This document shows, one piece after another, positions 47,902 to 56,745 of a stretch of 64,000 bases of DNA (its first letter is position 1; each line of letters starts with the position of its first letter). Both the position numbers and the translations under genes were made by a program. The notes under the pieces were generated by a model, which saw only the letters and a list, made by a program, of their open reading frames with translations, did no database searches and was not told the origin of the DNA. The stretch comes from a bacterium (GTDB lineage Bacteria > Electryoneota > Electryoneia > Electryoneales > Electryoneaceae): positions 160,001 to 224,000 of the forward strand of contig CAXXKJ010000001.1 in NCBI GenBank assembly GCA_963675295.2. Reading direction: 5' to 3'.

Positions 47902-49633
47902 ATTTCATAAGAACAACTTTCTGCGTCTGCGACATCTTGCCCGGCACCGCCGCCCGCACGAAATACAACCCGCTCGCCAACCCGGACGCGTCAAACGTCA
48001 ACCCGTGCGTCCCGGCGTCGAACGATCCGTCCGCAAGCTGCGCCACTTGCTGCCCGGCGACGTTATACACCACGACTGTCAGCTCTGCCGTTTCCGGCAG
48101 GGTGACCGTCAGCGTTGTCGCGGCATTGAACGGGTTCGGCCATACGGTGTTCAGCGTGTACCGGTCCGCCATCGTCACCGCTTCACCGAGATCCGCAGTC
48201 GCGAGGAACGGGTCATCCACCGCCCAGTCGGCGCTTGATCCAATGCCGGCCAGCAACGGCGCGGCCTTGCTGAACGTGAAGCTATCCTCCACATAATTCG
48301 TCGGATAGCCAACCTGGCCGAAGAAGATGTACTCACCCGCCGGAGCGTAGTTCGGGATCGGCTGGGTACGGTTCGGCACAGTGATCTGCATGAACGGCGT
48401 CAGGGTGAAGTACTGCGTGCCGGTTTCCATCACTGTGCCGTTCGGGAGTTCCACGAGGGTTCGGAAGAAGACGTTCTGGAACGTGCCGCCGAACGGGCTG
48501 TTGAGCGTGACATCGTAGACCAACGTGCCGCCGTTGGCCGGGATGGCCGTGTTGTGCGGCGTCAAGGTCAGGATCTGATCGTTGCCGCCCGGGCCTTCGC
48601 CCGGTGAGCCGAGGTCGCCCGCGCTGCCAGTCCACATCTCTTCTGATACCGACCAGTTGGCACCGATCATGTTGTCCGCATCCAGGTCGGGCAGGTAGAT
48701 AGAAGCGCCGTCCGCTTCCGGGAACCCGTTGTTCTCATCGTATTCGACGGCGTCAATCACCGTGCCCCAGAAGTCCGTCAGGATGATTTCGTCATCGGTG
48801 TTGTCGAGGTCGATGGCGTAGTTGTAGAAAACGAAATCCGGAATGATTCCACCGTTGTCATCCGGATCCCCCCACCCGGCGAGGACCACAAAATCGCCCG
48901 GTTCGATCACAAGATTGCCCGGAATGGCGTAGTACTCACCGTCGTTATCGAGGATCCGGAACAGCCGCATGTTCGCGGTGGTGGACCCGGCGTTGTACAC
49001 CTCAAACCACTCGCCGTAGAAATCCGACACCGCCGCCGGATCGTACAGGATCTCCGAAATCACCAGCTCGGGCGCGACCCACGGCTCTGGATTCGCTTCG
49101 CCCGGCGACCCGAAATCACCCCAGCTACCGGTCCACGCTTCATACGACACCGCCCAGTTTTCCGGATCGTTGTTATCCAGGGACGGGTCGGTCAGGTAGA
49201 TCGATGCGCCTTCGACATTCGTCCAACCCTGAGCCACATCCCACCAGATCTCATCCATCAGGATGTCTTGGGCGTTATACAGCTTCAGGACGTCGTCATC
49301 ATCCTCAAACGCGAAGTTGTGGTATTCAGAATCACCCACAACCCCACCATTGAGCAAACTATCAATTTCGTCAACCAGCACACGATACTCGTGCGGCGGT
49401 ACTTCCAGACCGGAGATGGTGAACGTGCCGATCCCATCATCCCGGATCGTCCAGTCCGTCATATGGATCGTTTCATCGCTGTTGTTGTACACCTCGAACC
49501 ACTCACCGCGCGAATCCTGGCATTCCAACGGGCTGATCATGACCTCGGTGATCACAATTTCCGCCTGAACCGACGCCGCCAGAATGAACAATGCCATCAA
49601 TACACCCGCCGAAACCGTACGCAGGCCCTTCAT
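47900..49633 (-). CDS. Two lamin-tail (LTD)-like domains with Ig adaptor and CTD
   Basis: Two copies of VI(T/S)E..P....GEWFEVYN...GSPG, and a WPNPFNA CTD ending KVVLMK. Confidence 0.85.
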   Translation of the reverse strand: MKGLRTVSAGVLMALFILAASVQAEIVITEVMISPLECQDSRGEWFEVYNNSDETIHMTDWTIRDDGIGTFTISGLEVPPHEYRVLVDEIDSLLNGGVVGDSEYHNFAFEDDDDVLKLYNAQDILMDEIWWDVAQGWTNVEGASIYLTDPSLDNNDPENWAVSYEAWTGSWGDFGSPGEANPEPWVAPELVISEILYDPAAVSDFYGEWFEVYNAGSTTANMRLFRILDNDGEYYAIPGNLVIEPGDFVVLAGWGDPDDNGGIIPDFVFYNYAIDLDNTDDEIILTDFWGTVIDAVEYDENNGFPEADGASIYLPDLDADNMIGANWSVSEEMWTGSAGDLGSPGEGPGGNDQILTLTPHNTAIPANGGTLVYDVTLNSPFGGTFQNVFFRTLVELPNGTVMETGTQYFTLTPFMQITVPNRTQPIPNYAPAGEYIFFGQVGYPTNYVEDSFTFSKAAPLLAGIGSSADWAVDDPFLATADLGEAVTMADRYTLNTVWPNPFNAATTLTVTLPETAELTVVVYNVAGQQVAQLADGSFDAGTHGLTFDASGLASGLYFVRAAVPGKMSQTQKVVLMK

Positions 49634-49952
49634 ACCTTCCCCCTTTGGTGGAACCAATGTGAATATCTTCACGATAGAATCAACAGAGTACAAATCGTTA
49701 CCGGCTGTTTTTCAAGGCAGTAGACAAAAAAACGGCGGCAGCCGTTTTCCGTTTCTTGAACAACAGTCAATATCCCAAAGATACGAAATGAAGGTAGTCA
49801 ATGCTGCTGCGGCTCCCGTACTCCCCAATGTTGACGCCAAAAAACGGACTTTCCTCGTCTGGAATACAAGCACGGTTTCAACCGGCGGCGGGGGAATCCG
49901 AGCGAAAGACAAAATGAAGAGTGGTCCGTCACGAGATCCGTCCAGACAAGAA

Positions 49953-50042
49953 GGGGACACGTTGTCCCCAAAGTGTCCCCGAGTTATCTTTTCCTGTCTT
50001 TTCCTATCCTTTACTATCTTTTACTAGCTGTTCCTGTCTGTT
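49953..50042 (-). repeat. Six 10-mer units plus GGGGACAC hairpin directly after a CTD stop codon
   Basis: Minus strand reads t-aacagacagg aacagctagt aaaagatagt aaaggatagg aaaagacagg aaaagataac. The hairpin matches 47811-47840 at 27 of 30 positions. Confidence 0.85.
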
Positions 50043-52188
50043 ACTTCATGAGAACCACCTTCTGCGTCTGCGTCATCCGGCCCGGAACCGTCGCCCGCAC
50101 GAAATACAGCCCGCTGGCCAACCCGGACGCATCAAATGTCAGGTCGTGCGTCCCGGCGCCGAATGATCCGTCCGCCAACTGAGCCACCTGCTGCCCGGCG
50201 ACGTTGTACACTGCGAGGTTCAGCCGACCCGGCACGGACAGCTCGACCGACACAACTGCCCTGGTATTGAAGGGGTTGGGATAGACCGGCTGCAGCAGAA
50301 AGCGAGATGGTACCGCTGCCCCTGTACGATAAGCCGATTCCGGTGCCGACAACGCCATGCTGCAATCCAGAATCATCAGCGAACTTCGCCTGGCCACAAA
50401 CAGCAGCTGATCGAGCACAGCAAGCCCGGAGATTTCGCCTTGCAAGTGGTAGTAGCCGATTTCAACCGGCTGGCTTGGATCGGTGACATTGTAGACGGAG
50501 ATTCCGACCCCGGTGAATCCGCAATAGAGGATGCCGTCGGCGTACGCCAACCGGTCGGCGGTTCCGCTGGCATAAATATTCGCCAGCTCAACAGGCGTTG
50601 ACGGATTGCTGATATCATAGATCGCAACGCCGTGGCTATCCCTTGCAATGAACGCCATGTTGTCGCCAGTTGTCACATCATTAACGTGCCGATTGCTGTC
50701 CCGATTGCTTACAAACTCGGGGTCGTACGGGTCGCTGATGTCCAGGATGAAAAACGCGTTATCAAGTCCCAGGAACGCCAGGTCGCCATCCACGCATACC
50801 GCCCTGGGATCGCCACCCAGGTTGGTGAACGAAGTGATTTCGTCAGGATCATCCGGATCGCTGACGTCGAGAATCATGAAGCGATGGGAGTACGAAGCAT
50901 CGGCGAGATAGACGAGATCCCCGGCCACATCAATATCATAGGTATGGATCGGTGTGACCAGGTCACCACGTTCGACTGGCTGGGCAAGGTCGCTGATGTC
51001 AACGACACACATTCCTCCCTGCCAGTCTGATGCATAAATGAACTCCCCGGATGCGGTCAACCGGTTCAGCTCCTCAAGCGGGTCGCAGAAGCCCACGTCA
51101 TACGGATGAAGCGGATCCGAGATGTTTACAGTGCGTAAACCGTACTCACCCTGTGCGACAAAGGCGTAACCGTTGTGCAGAATGACGTCCCGAACGTCAT
51201 CCGTTGTCCGGAACCAGCCCAGTTGCTCAGGCTGAGAAGGATCACCAATGTCCACAGTGCAGAGCTGTGAATTGCCCACAGCCACACAGGCGACATTTCC
51301 ATCGAGGGCGACACCCTCGGCTGAACCGGGCAGGTCGTGCTCTGCCAGGTATTGTGGCTGTGTCGGCTGGCTCAGATCGTATACGATCAATCCCGACACG
51401 CGGCAGGCGACAAACGCGGTCGTACCCTGCACGGCAACATCGACAGCGTTATTTGGAGTGTCGGTTGACCCGATCACGGTAGGATGCATCGGCTCTGCCA
51501 CACGAACAACCCGCACCCCCCGGTAATTCACAGCGACACAGGCGTAACCATTGGAAACGGCGATTGCCTTTGGCAGCCCGCCAACGTAACAAGTACCCAG
51601 GCGAACCGGCTGGATCGGATTGCTGAGATCAACGACAGCGAAATACACTGTCGCGTTGCCCACATACGCATATCCGCCGTCAATCGTGATGGTTGTCGCC
51701 CCTGACGGTACGTTCAGGGAACCCGCGAGGAAGGGGTGCTCAGGATCGCTCACATCAATGATTCGGATTCCCGCGCTGTATGCGGCAACGAAAGCATACT
51801 GATCGTATAACGCGACATCGTTCGCCACGTTAAGCACATTTTGTGTGCTGACTGGAAACGGGTGGTGGGGGTCGCTGATGTTGACGATGGTCAGACCGGC
51901 CGCACCATCTGCGACATACGCATACTCACCGGAAACAGCCACCTTCAGCGCTGAACCCGATGTGGAGCATGAACCGGTTTCCAAGGAATTGACCGGATCG
52001 CTGACATCAAGTACACGCAGACCGGAGTAGTCTGCTGCAACATAGGCATAGCCTTCGGCTACAGCTACGTCATGAGCCGTACCCCAAGCGTCATAGAGCG
52101 AACCTGCCAGGCTCACATTGAGGCTGTCCTGGGCAAGGACGTGGAAACACAACGACAGGAAAAGAAGCAATACGTACGCGGCTTTCAT
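50041..52188 (-). CDS. LVIVD-repeat protein with CTD
   Basis: Many YAYVA...GL.IVDISDP..P repeats and a YPNPFN CTD ending KVVLMK. Confidence 0.88.
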   Translation of the reverse strand: MKAAYVLLLFLSLCFHVLAQDSLNVSLAGSLYDAWGTAHDVAVAEGYAYVAADYSGLRVLDVSDPVNSLETGSCSTSGSALKVAVSGEYAYVADGAAGLTIVNISDPHHPFPVSTQNVLNVANDVALYDQYAFVAAYSAGIRIIDVSDPEHPFLAGSLNVPSGATTITIDGGYAYVGNATVYFAVVDLSNPIQPVRLGTCYVGGLPKAIAVSNGYACVAVNYRGVRVVRVAEPMHPTVIGSTDTPNNAVDVAVQGTTAFVACRVSGLIVYDLSQPTQPQYLAEHDLPGSAEGVALDGNVACVAVGNSQLCTVDIGDPSQPEQLGWFRTTDDVRDVILHNGYAFVAQGEYGLRTVNISDPLHPYDVGFCDPLEELNRLTASGEFIYASDWQGGMCVVDISDLAQPVERGDLVTPIHTYDIDVAGDLVYLADASYSHRFMILDVSDPDDPDEITSFTNLGGDPRAVCVDGDLAFLGLDNAFFILDISDPYDPEFVSNRDSNRHVNDVTTGDNMAFIARDSHGVAIYDISNPSTPVELANIYASGTADRLAYADGILYCGFTGVGISVYNVTDPSQPVEIGYYHLQGEISGLAVLDQLLFVARRSSLMILDCSMALSAPESAYRTGAAVPSRFLLQPVYPNPFNTRAVVSVELSVPGRLNLAVYNVAGQQVAQLADGSFGAGTHDLTFDASGLASGLYFVRATVPGRMTQTQKVVLMK

Positions 52189-52337
52189 TGGTCACTCCGG
52201 GTAAGATCCACAATCCTCGATTCAGTTTGTAGCCAGCTCAACCAACCTGAATACACCGTCTACTCATCACAAGATAAGTCTGGAATCGCGCAAGAAACCA
52301 CCAGAGCCAATCCACGCACATCATCCATATAGAAAAC

Positions 52338-52365
52338 AAAACCCGGCGGATCAGGCCGCCGGGTT
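52338..52365 (-). terminator. Rho-independent terminator
   Basis: AAAACCCGGCGG-ATCAGG-CCGCCGGGTT. Confidence 0.75.
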
Positions 52366-52394
52366 GGTAAACTCTGCTCATTTTCAAACGGGTG

Positions 52395-54224
52395 CTAGCG
52401 GACCAGCATCGCCTTCTGTACCGCACTCATACGTCCCGGCACCGTCGCGCGCACGAAATACAGCCCGCTGGCGAGGTGGGATGCGTCGAACGTCAGCTCG
52501 TGCGACCCAGCCTCGAACGACCCCTCAGCCAGCTTAGCCACCTGCTGCCCGGCGACGTTGTACACCACCACCGACAGCTCGGACATCTCCGGCAGGGTGA
52601 CCGACAACGTTGTCGCGGCGTTGAACGGATTCGGCCATGCCGCACTCAGAGTGAACTCACGCGCCAACGCGGATTCGGTCCCGTCAGATGCCAACGCGTC
52701 GTTCAGCAACTGCGGGGCATTGTCCGCATCCCACGTCCATACATCGCCCGCAAGCTCCTGCCCGATCTTGCTGAAGCCGAAGACATCGGTCAGACGCCGG
52801 CCGCCCATGGTTCCAACATTCGAGATCAGTGCGTACTCACCCCCGGGAGCGATGGAGGGCACTGGCTGTCCCAGACCGGGAACCGTAATGTCCGTGTTCG
52901 CTGGCATGCTGAAGCTGTAGGAATGCGTCGGACCATACAAGTCGCCGTCCGGCAGCTGAACCATCGTCCACCACGTCACCATTCGTGGGGACATCGTGCC
53001 GTTCACCAGGCGTAGGCTGTACTCCAGCATGCCGCCGAACCCGGGGATGATCGTACTGGAGGTCGGCGTGATGGTGACACCGATCTCGGACGGTTGTTCC
53101 CACCATTTGACATAGCCGTCATCGTGCGCGGTGCTGCAGATATCCAGCAGCCCGTCGCCGTTGAAATCGCCGGTAGCGACCCCCCATGGTTCGTCAAAAC
53201 CGGCAGCAGCACGGTGCATCACCCAGACACTCGCGTCACCGTTGACGTTCTCCCAGTACGCGATACAGTCCATGCCCGCCATCGCGCAAAGCACGTCCAG
53301 ATCGCCATCGTCATCCATGTCAGAGGCGACCACATCATGCGGCGAAGGGAAATACCCTCCCTCGTAGATGATGAATTCGTGCGTGGTGAAACTGCCATCG
53401 TCGTTCTGCTGCCACCAGAACACCGTGTCGTGGTAGTAGGACACCCCAAGGATGTCGATGTCGCCATCACCATCGAGGTCGGCTGCGTCCAGGCCCCAGC
53501 AGCCGCCGTCACCGGTGTGCAGCTCGTGACGGGTCCACGTCAAGCCGAGCCCGTCCTCATTCGACCACCAGGCGAAGATGCCGTCCAGGCCGTACGAGTC
53601 GCCGATCAGGTCGGTGTCGCCGTCGCCATCCACATCGGTCGCGAGTACGAAGTTGGCGTTGATAAAATCCTCATCCACCGAGTGCTCGACCCACGTCGTG
53701 GCGTTGTCCTGATTCTCAAACCAGATCACGCGCCCTGCCTCAAGCGGGCGATGCATCACTGCGACATCGATGTCGCCGTCGCCGTCCATGTCCGCCGCCG
53801 AGGTACCCGGTGTGAATGGCATCCCAAGAGAGATATCGTGCCAGACCCAGTTCGTGCCGGATCCGTCCGGATTCTCCCACCAGTACACATGGCCGGCGTG
53901 CTTCGCGCCGATCATATCGATGTCGCCGTCGTTGTCCATGTCGACGGGATCCATCGAGGATAGCTCATTGCTGATGGTGTGCCTAACCCACGTGCCCCCC
54001 GCACCATCCTCATTTGACCACCAGTGTGTTCCCCCGATGAAAGCGGCGTAACCGAACATGTCCATGGCGCCGTCACCGTTGATGTCAGCGGTCTTCACCC
54101 ACGGCAACCCGCCGTTGTAGTCTTCACCCGTTCCGTCCACAGGGTGGAATTCCCACGCGAGCTGCGCCTGTGCGAACGACGCTGTCAATACGAGCAGAAA
54201 TACGACCGCAATCCATTTCTTCAT
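52395..54224 (-). CDS. FG-GAP/VCBS-repeat protein with Ig adaptor and CTD
   Basis: DMDGDGDID repeats, WWEN, and a WPNPFNA CTD. Confidence 0.85.
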   Translation of the reverse strand: MKKWIAVVFLLVLTASFAQAQLAWEFHPVDGTGEDYNGGLPWVKTADINGDGAMDMFGYAAFIGGTHWWSNEDGAGGTWVRHTISNELSSMDPVDMDNDGDIDMIGAKHAGHVYWWENPDGSGTNWVWHDISLGMPFTPGTSAADMDGDGDIDVAVMHRPLEAGRVIWFENQDNATTWVEHSVDEDFINANFVLATDVDGDGDTDLIGDSYGLDGIFAWWSNEDGLGLTWTRHELHTGDGGCWGLDAADLDGDGDIDILGVSYYHDTVFWWQQNDDGSFTTHEFIIYEGGYFPSPHDVVASDMDDDGDLDVLCAMAGMDCIAYWENVNGDASVWVMHRAAAGFDEPWGVATGDFNGDGLLDICSTAHDDGYVKWWEQPSEIGVTITPTSSTIIPGFGGMLEYSLRLVNGTMSPRMVTWWTMVQLPDGDLYGPTHSYSFSMPANTDITVPGLGQPVPSIAPGGEYALISNVGTMGGRRLTDVFGFSKIGQELAGDVWTWDADNAPQLLNDALASDGTESALAREFTLSAAWPNPFNAATTLSVTLPEMSELSVVVYNVAGQQVAKLAEGSFEAGSHELTFDASHLASGLYFVRATVPGRMSAVQKAMLVR

Positions 54225-54420
54225 GATCCCCTCTCCCCAAATTAGTGTGCATACGGCTTGGGCTAAAATACGGCGGTGACAACAGAAAAAGGAAGCTGAC
54301 CGACAGTTATTTCATGTTTATTCCGGCAGATCGCTCTCCATCAGCCTGACGATCCACCGTACCGTGTCCAACCCGCGGACCAAACTGGATGACACCTGCG
54401 AGGGTCGCTCGAACAACAAC

Positions 54421-54451
54421 AAAAACGGGAACGGATTATTCTCCGTTCCCG
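54421..54451 (-). terminator. Rho-independent terminator
   Basis: AAAAA-CGGGAACGGA-TTATTC-TCCGTTCCCG. Confidence 0.8.
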
Positions 54452-54475
54452 ACATGAATGACTTCCCAGGACACG

Positions 54476-55090
54476 TTAGACAAATTCCAACTCGGGCTCG
54501 GTTCGGCCACTCTGAATCAGGATCATCGCCTGCAGGACTTCGCCCGCCAGCAAGACCAGCCCGCCGATTGGCGCGAGGAAAAAGGTCAGCATCAGCGCAG
54601 ACCCGATGATCTGGGTGTAGGCCAGTGGTCGCAGGTAGCCAAACAGGGATTCCTTCAGCCGCATCAACCGAACACCGAAGATGATGCCGAAGATGCTCAT
54701 TGGAATACCGACCGATGCCATCGCAATCAGTCCTGGTAAAATGACTGACAGTGCCTCCGCTCGACTCAGGTTGTCGTCCACGCTGAAGCCGATCACCGTG
54801 CGGAATACCGAGCCGATTACACTGATGAGGATGTTGCAGATAATCAGAAGGATGATCAACGTATCCACTTCGTGAAACTCGAAGCGATTGTTGAGCAGCC
54901 GCTTGAACCAGAGGAACCCGTAAACCGAACAGCCGACTTGCACGATTGTGATGAAAAGCGTGATCGGGTTAAGAATGCTGAACGAATATCCCATCAGCGA
55001 CATGATCACGCCAAGCACGCCGCCAATAATCATAAGTGACGCCGAGGCAACGGTCACCCAACCCGCGACTTCGTAACGTTCTTCCTGCAT
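54476..55090 (-). CDS. Hypothetical integral membrane protein (about 5-6 TM helices)
   Basis: Hydrophobic helices, AGGGAG RBS and a downstream terminator. Confidence 0.75.
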   Translation of the reverse strand: MQEERYEVAGWVTVASASLMIIGGVLGVIMSLMGYSFSILNPITLFITIVQVGCSVYGFLWFKRLLNNRFEFHEVDTLIILLIICNILISVIGSVFRTVIGFSVDDNLSRAEALSVILPGLIAMASVGIPMSIFGIIFGVRLMRLKESLFGYLRPLAYTQIIGSALMLTFFLAPIGGLVLLAGEVLQAMILIQSGRTEPELEFV

Positions 55091-55144
55091 GGTTCATCTC
55101 CCTTGAGCACATCCCGACTGGAAGATTCAAGCAACTCGTCACAA

Positions 55145-55294
55145 CTACCTGAAGTTGCAGAAGATCAAAACCAGATTCTCGAGATCGAACACGTCCCCGG
55201 ATACGGTGTCGAGGAGAAACAGAACTGTGATGATCGTCAGTATCACCAGCGCAATCGTCCGGCTCCACTCATGTTCCCTGCCTGACTCTTCCAT
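55145..55294 (-). CDS. Possible 49-aa single-TM protein
   Basis: MEESGREHEWSRTIALVILTIITVLFLL..., with a purine-rich RBS. Lies between the regulator and the membrane gene. Confidence 0.35.
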   Translation of the reverse strand: MEESGREHEWSRTIALVILTIITVLFLLDTVSGDVFDLENLVLIFCNFR

Positions 55295-55349
55295 CTCTTC
55301 ATCTCCCCGGCATCCGGGATCAAGATCCCATCCCGTTGCCAGTCGTTCA

Positions 55350-55562
55350 TCAGACATAATCCGGTTCATGGACCAGAATGTCACCCGGCTGGCAATCGAG
55401 TTCCACACAAATCGCCTCCAACGTGCTGAAACGGATGCCTTTGACACGACCCGTTTTCAGCAACGACAGATTCGTCACCGAAATACCGATCTTCTCGGAC
55501 AATTCGGTCAGCTTCATCTTGCGCCTGGCAAGCATCACGTCGAGTGTCACTGTTATCGCCAT
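55350..55562 (-). CDS. Cro/C1-type (YozG-like) HTH transcriptional regulator
   Basis: LDVMLARRKM...NLSLLKTG..KGIRFSTLEAIC..LDCQPGDIL. Confidence 0.9.
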   Translation of the reverse strand: MAITVTLDVMLARRKMKLTELSEKIGISVTNLSLLKTGRVKGIRFSTLEAICVELDCQPGDILVHEPDYV

Positions 55563-55568
55563 GGTGTG

Positions 55569-55623
55569 ATATTACATAAAGGATCTTATGAGAGTCAAGG
55601 ATTTTTTTATGTAAAACATAAAA
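55569..55623 (-). promoter_or_regulatory. Putative sigma70 promoter (TTGACT-18-TAATAT) with overlapping palindromic operators; leaderless start
   Basis: The -10 box ends 6 nt before the ATG and there is no SD. Palindromes CATAA-N6-TTATG at 55575-55590 and TTTTATG-N5-CATAAAA at 55605-55623. Confidence 0.55.
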
Positions 55624-55681
55624 TAGCTCCGCAGAGAGACTCCGAGGACGGGCAGGTTTTTCAGATTCAACTCAGGAGAAA

Positions 55682-56605
55682 TCAGTCCTGGCCCGGCAAC
55701 GCGCTGACCGGCACCGCGAGCGTGGCCCGGACAAACAGTGACGGGTCCAGTTCGTTGTCGCTGAAGAGGTCTTCGTTGCGATCATAAACCTTGTACATCC
55801 GCAGTCCGGCTGCCATGCCGCCGCTGAGACGAAGGCGCAGGTAGGATCCCAGAGCAACCTCGACCTTCGGACCGGCGGTCATCTGGGCGTACTCGATGTT
55901 GAAGCCTTCGTTCAACGAACGGCTGAGCCAGTAGTTGTAGCCGTCCAGTTCGACCGCCAGCCCGGCGCTGAACGTTTCGCTGAACTGCCACATCCACTCG
56001 GCGTTCGACGGCAGCATCAGCATTACGTGCCACTGGGATGCCTTGTACGTATACCCCAGCATCGGGAGCAACATCGGACGCCCGAGCTGCGAGGAATATC
56101 GCGCGCCGAAGGTAACGTCGGAATGGCCGGACAGCATGCGCACCGCGAACACACCGCCTTGCACCTGGAAGGAATTCTTGTCCACGCCGTTGTACGCGTC
56201 GGTATAAAACCCAGGGCTGACAACTGCGAGCCCGATCCAGTCGGAGCTGAACTGGTGACGGATCAGCATCCGGTATGCACCGCCGGCAAGGCCTTCGCCG
56301 ATATCGTCCGCATACTGCAGTTGGCCGGGGGAGGGATCATTCTGGTACGACAGGTCCATGTACTGCCCGCTGAGGCCGTGCAGGATCCGCCAGTCGTTGC
56401 CGAGGTCCGTCTGCCAGAACCACGCCTCGAAATCATAGCGCATCACGTCCACTTCCAGCTCCGGCGCGCCGGAGACCGGCTCCGCCAGCGTCGCCGGGGC
56501 GAAATACGACGTCGAGAACGCCACCAGGTCCTGGGCTTGGCTAGAGTGCGCGTGGAAGACCAGCACACAACAAATCGCCAGCAGCAGAGAGAGTCGCTTT
56601 GTCAT
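55682..56605 (-). CDS. Outer-membrane beta-barrel protein (DUF6268-like)
   Basis: Signal peptide SQA-Q, amphipathic strands, and FGARYSSQLGRPMLLPMLG...LMLP. Confidence 0.65.
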   Translation of the reverse strand: MTKRLSLLLAICCVLVFHAHSSQAQDLVAFSTSYFAPATLAEPVSGAPELEVDVMRYDFEAWFWQTDLGNDWRILHGLSGQYMDLSYQNDPSPGQLQYADDIGEGLAGGAYRMLIRHQFSSDWIGLAVVSPGFYTDAYNGVDKNSFQVQGGVFAVRMLSGHSDVTFGARYSSQLGRPMLLPMLGYTYKASQWHVMLMLPSNAEWMWQFSETFSAGLAVELDGYNYWLSRSLNEGFNIEYAQMTAGPKVEVALGSYLRLRLSGGMAAGLRMYKVYDRNEDLFSDNELDPSLFVRATLAVPVSALPGQD

Positions 56606-56640
56606 GCAGCCTCAAGGGGATTGGGATTGATGGAACCAGA

Positions 56641-56674
56641 AACGGGAGCAGCAACATAATGCACTGCTCCCGTT
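56641..56674 (-). terminator. Hairpin terminator
   Basis: AACGGGAGCAG...CTGCTCCCGTT. Confidence 0.65.
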
Positions 56675-56745
56675 GAATAAACCCATTTCATGCTGGTGAG
56701 GTGGATTTGAATACGATCCGGATCCCCACTAACGGCAACCGCCGC

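Noticed and set aside
45133-50042. Decamer arrays as CRISPR arrays
   Set aside because: The units are 9-10 bp and contiguous with no unique spacers, and there are no cas genes in the window.
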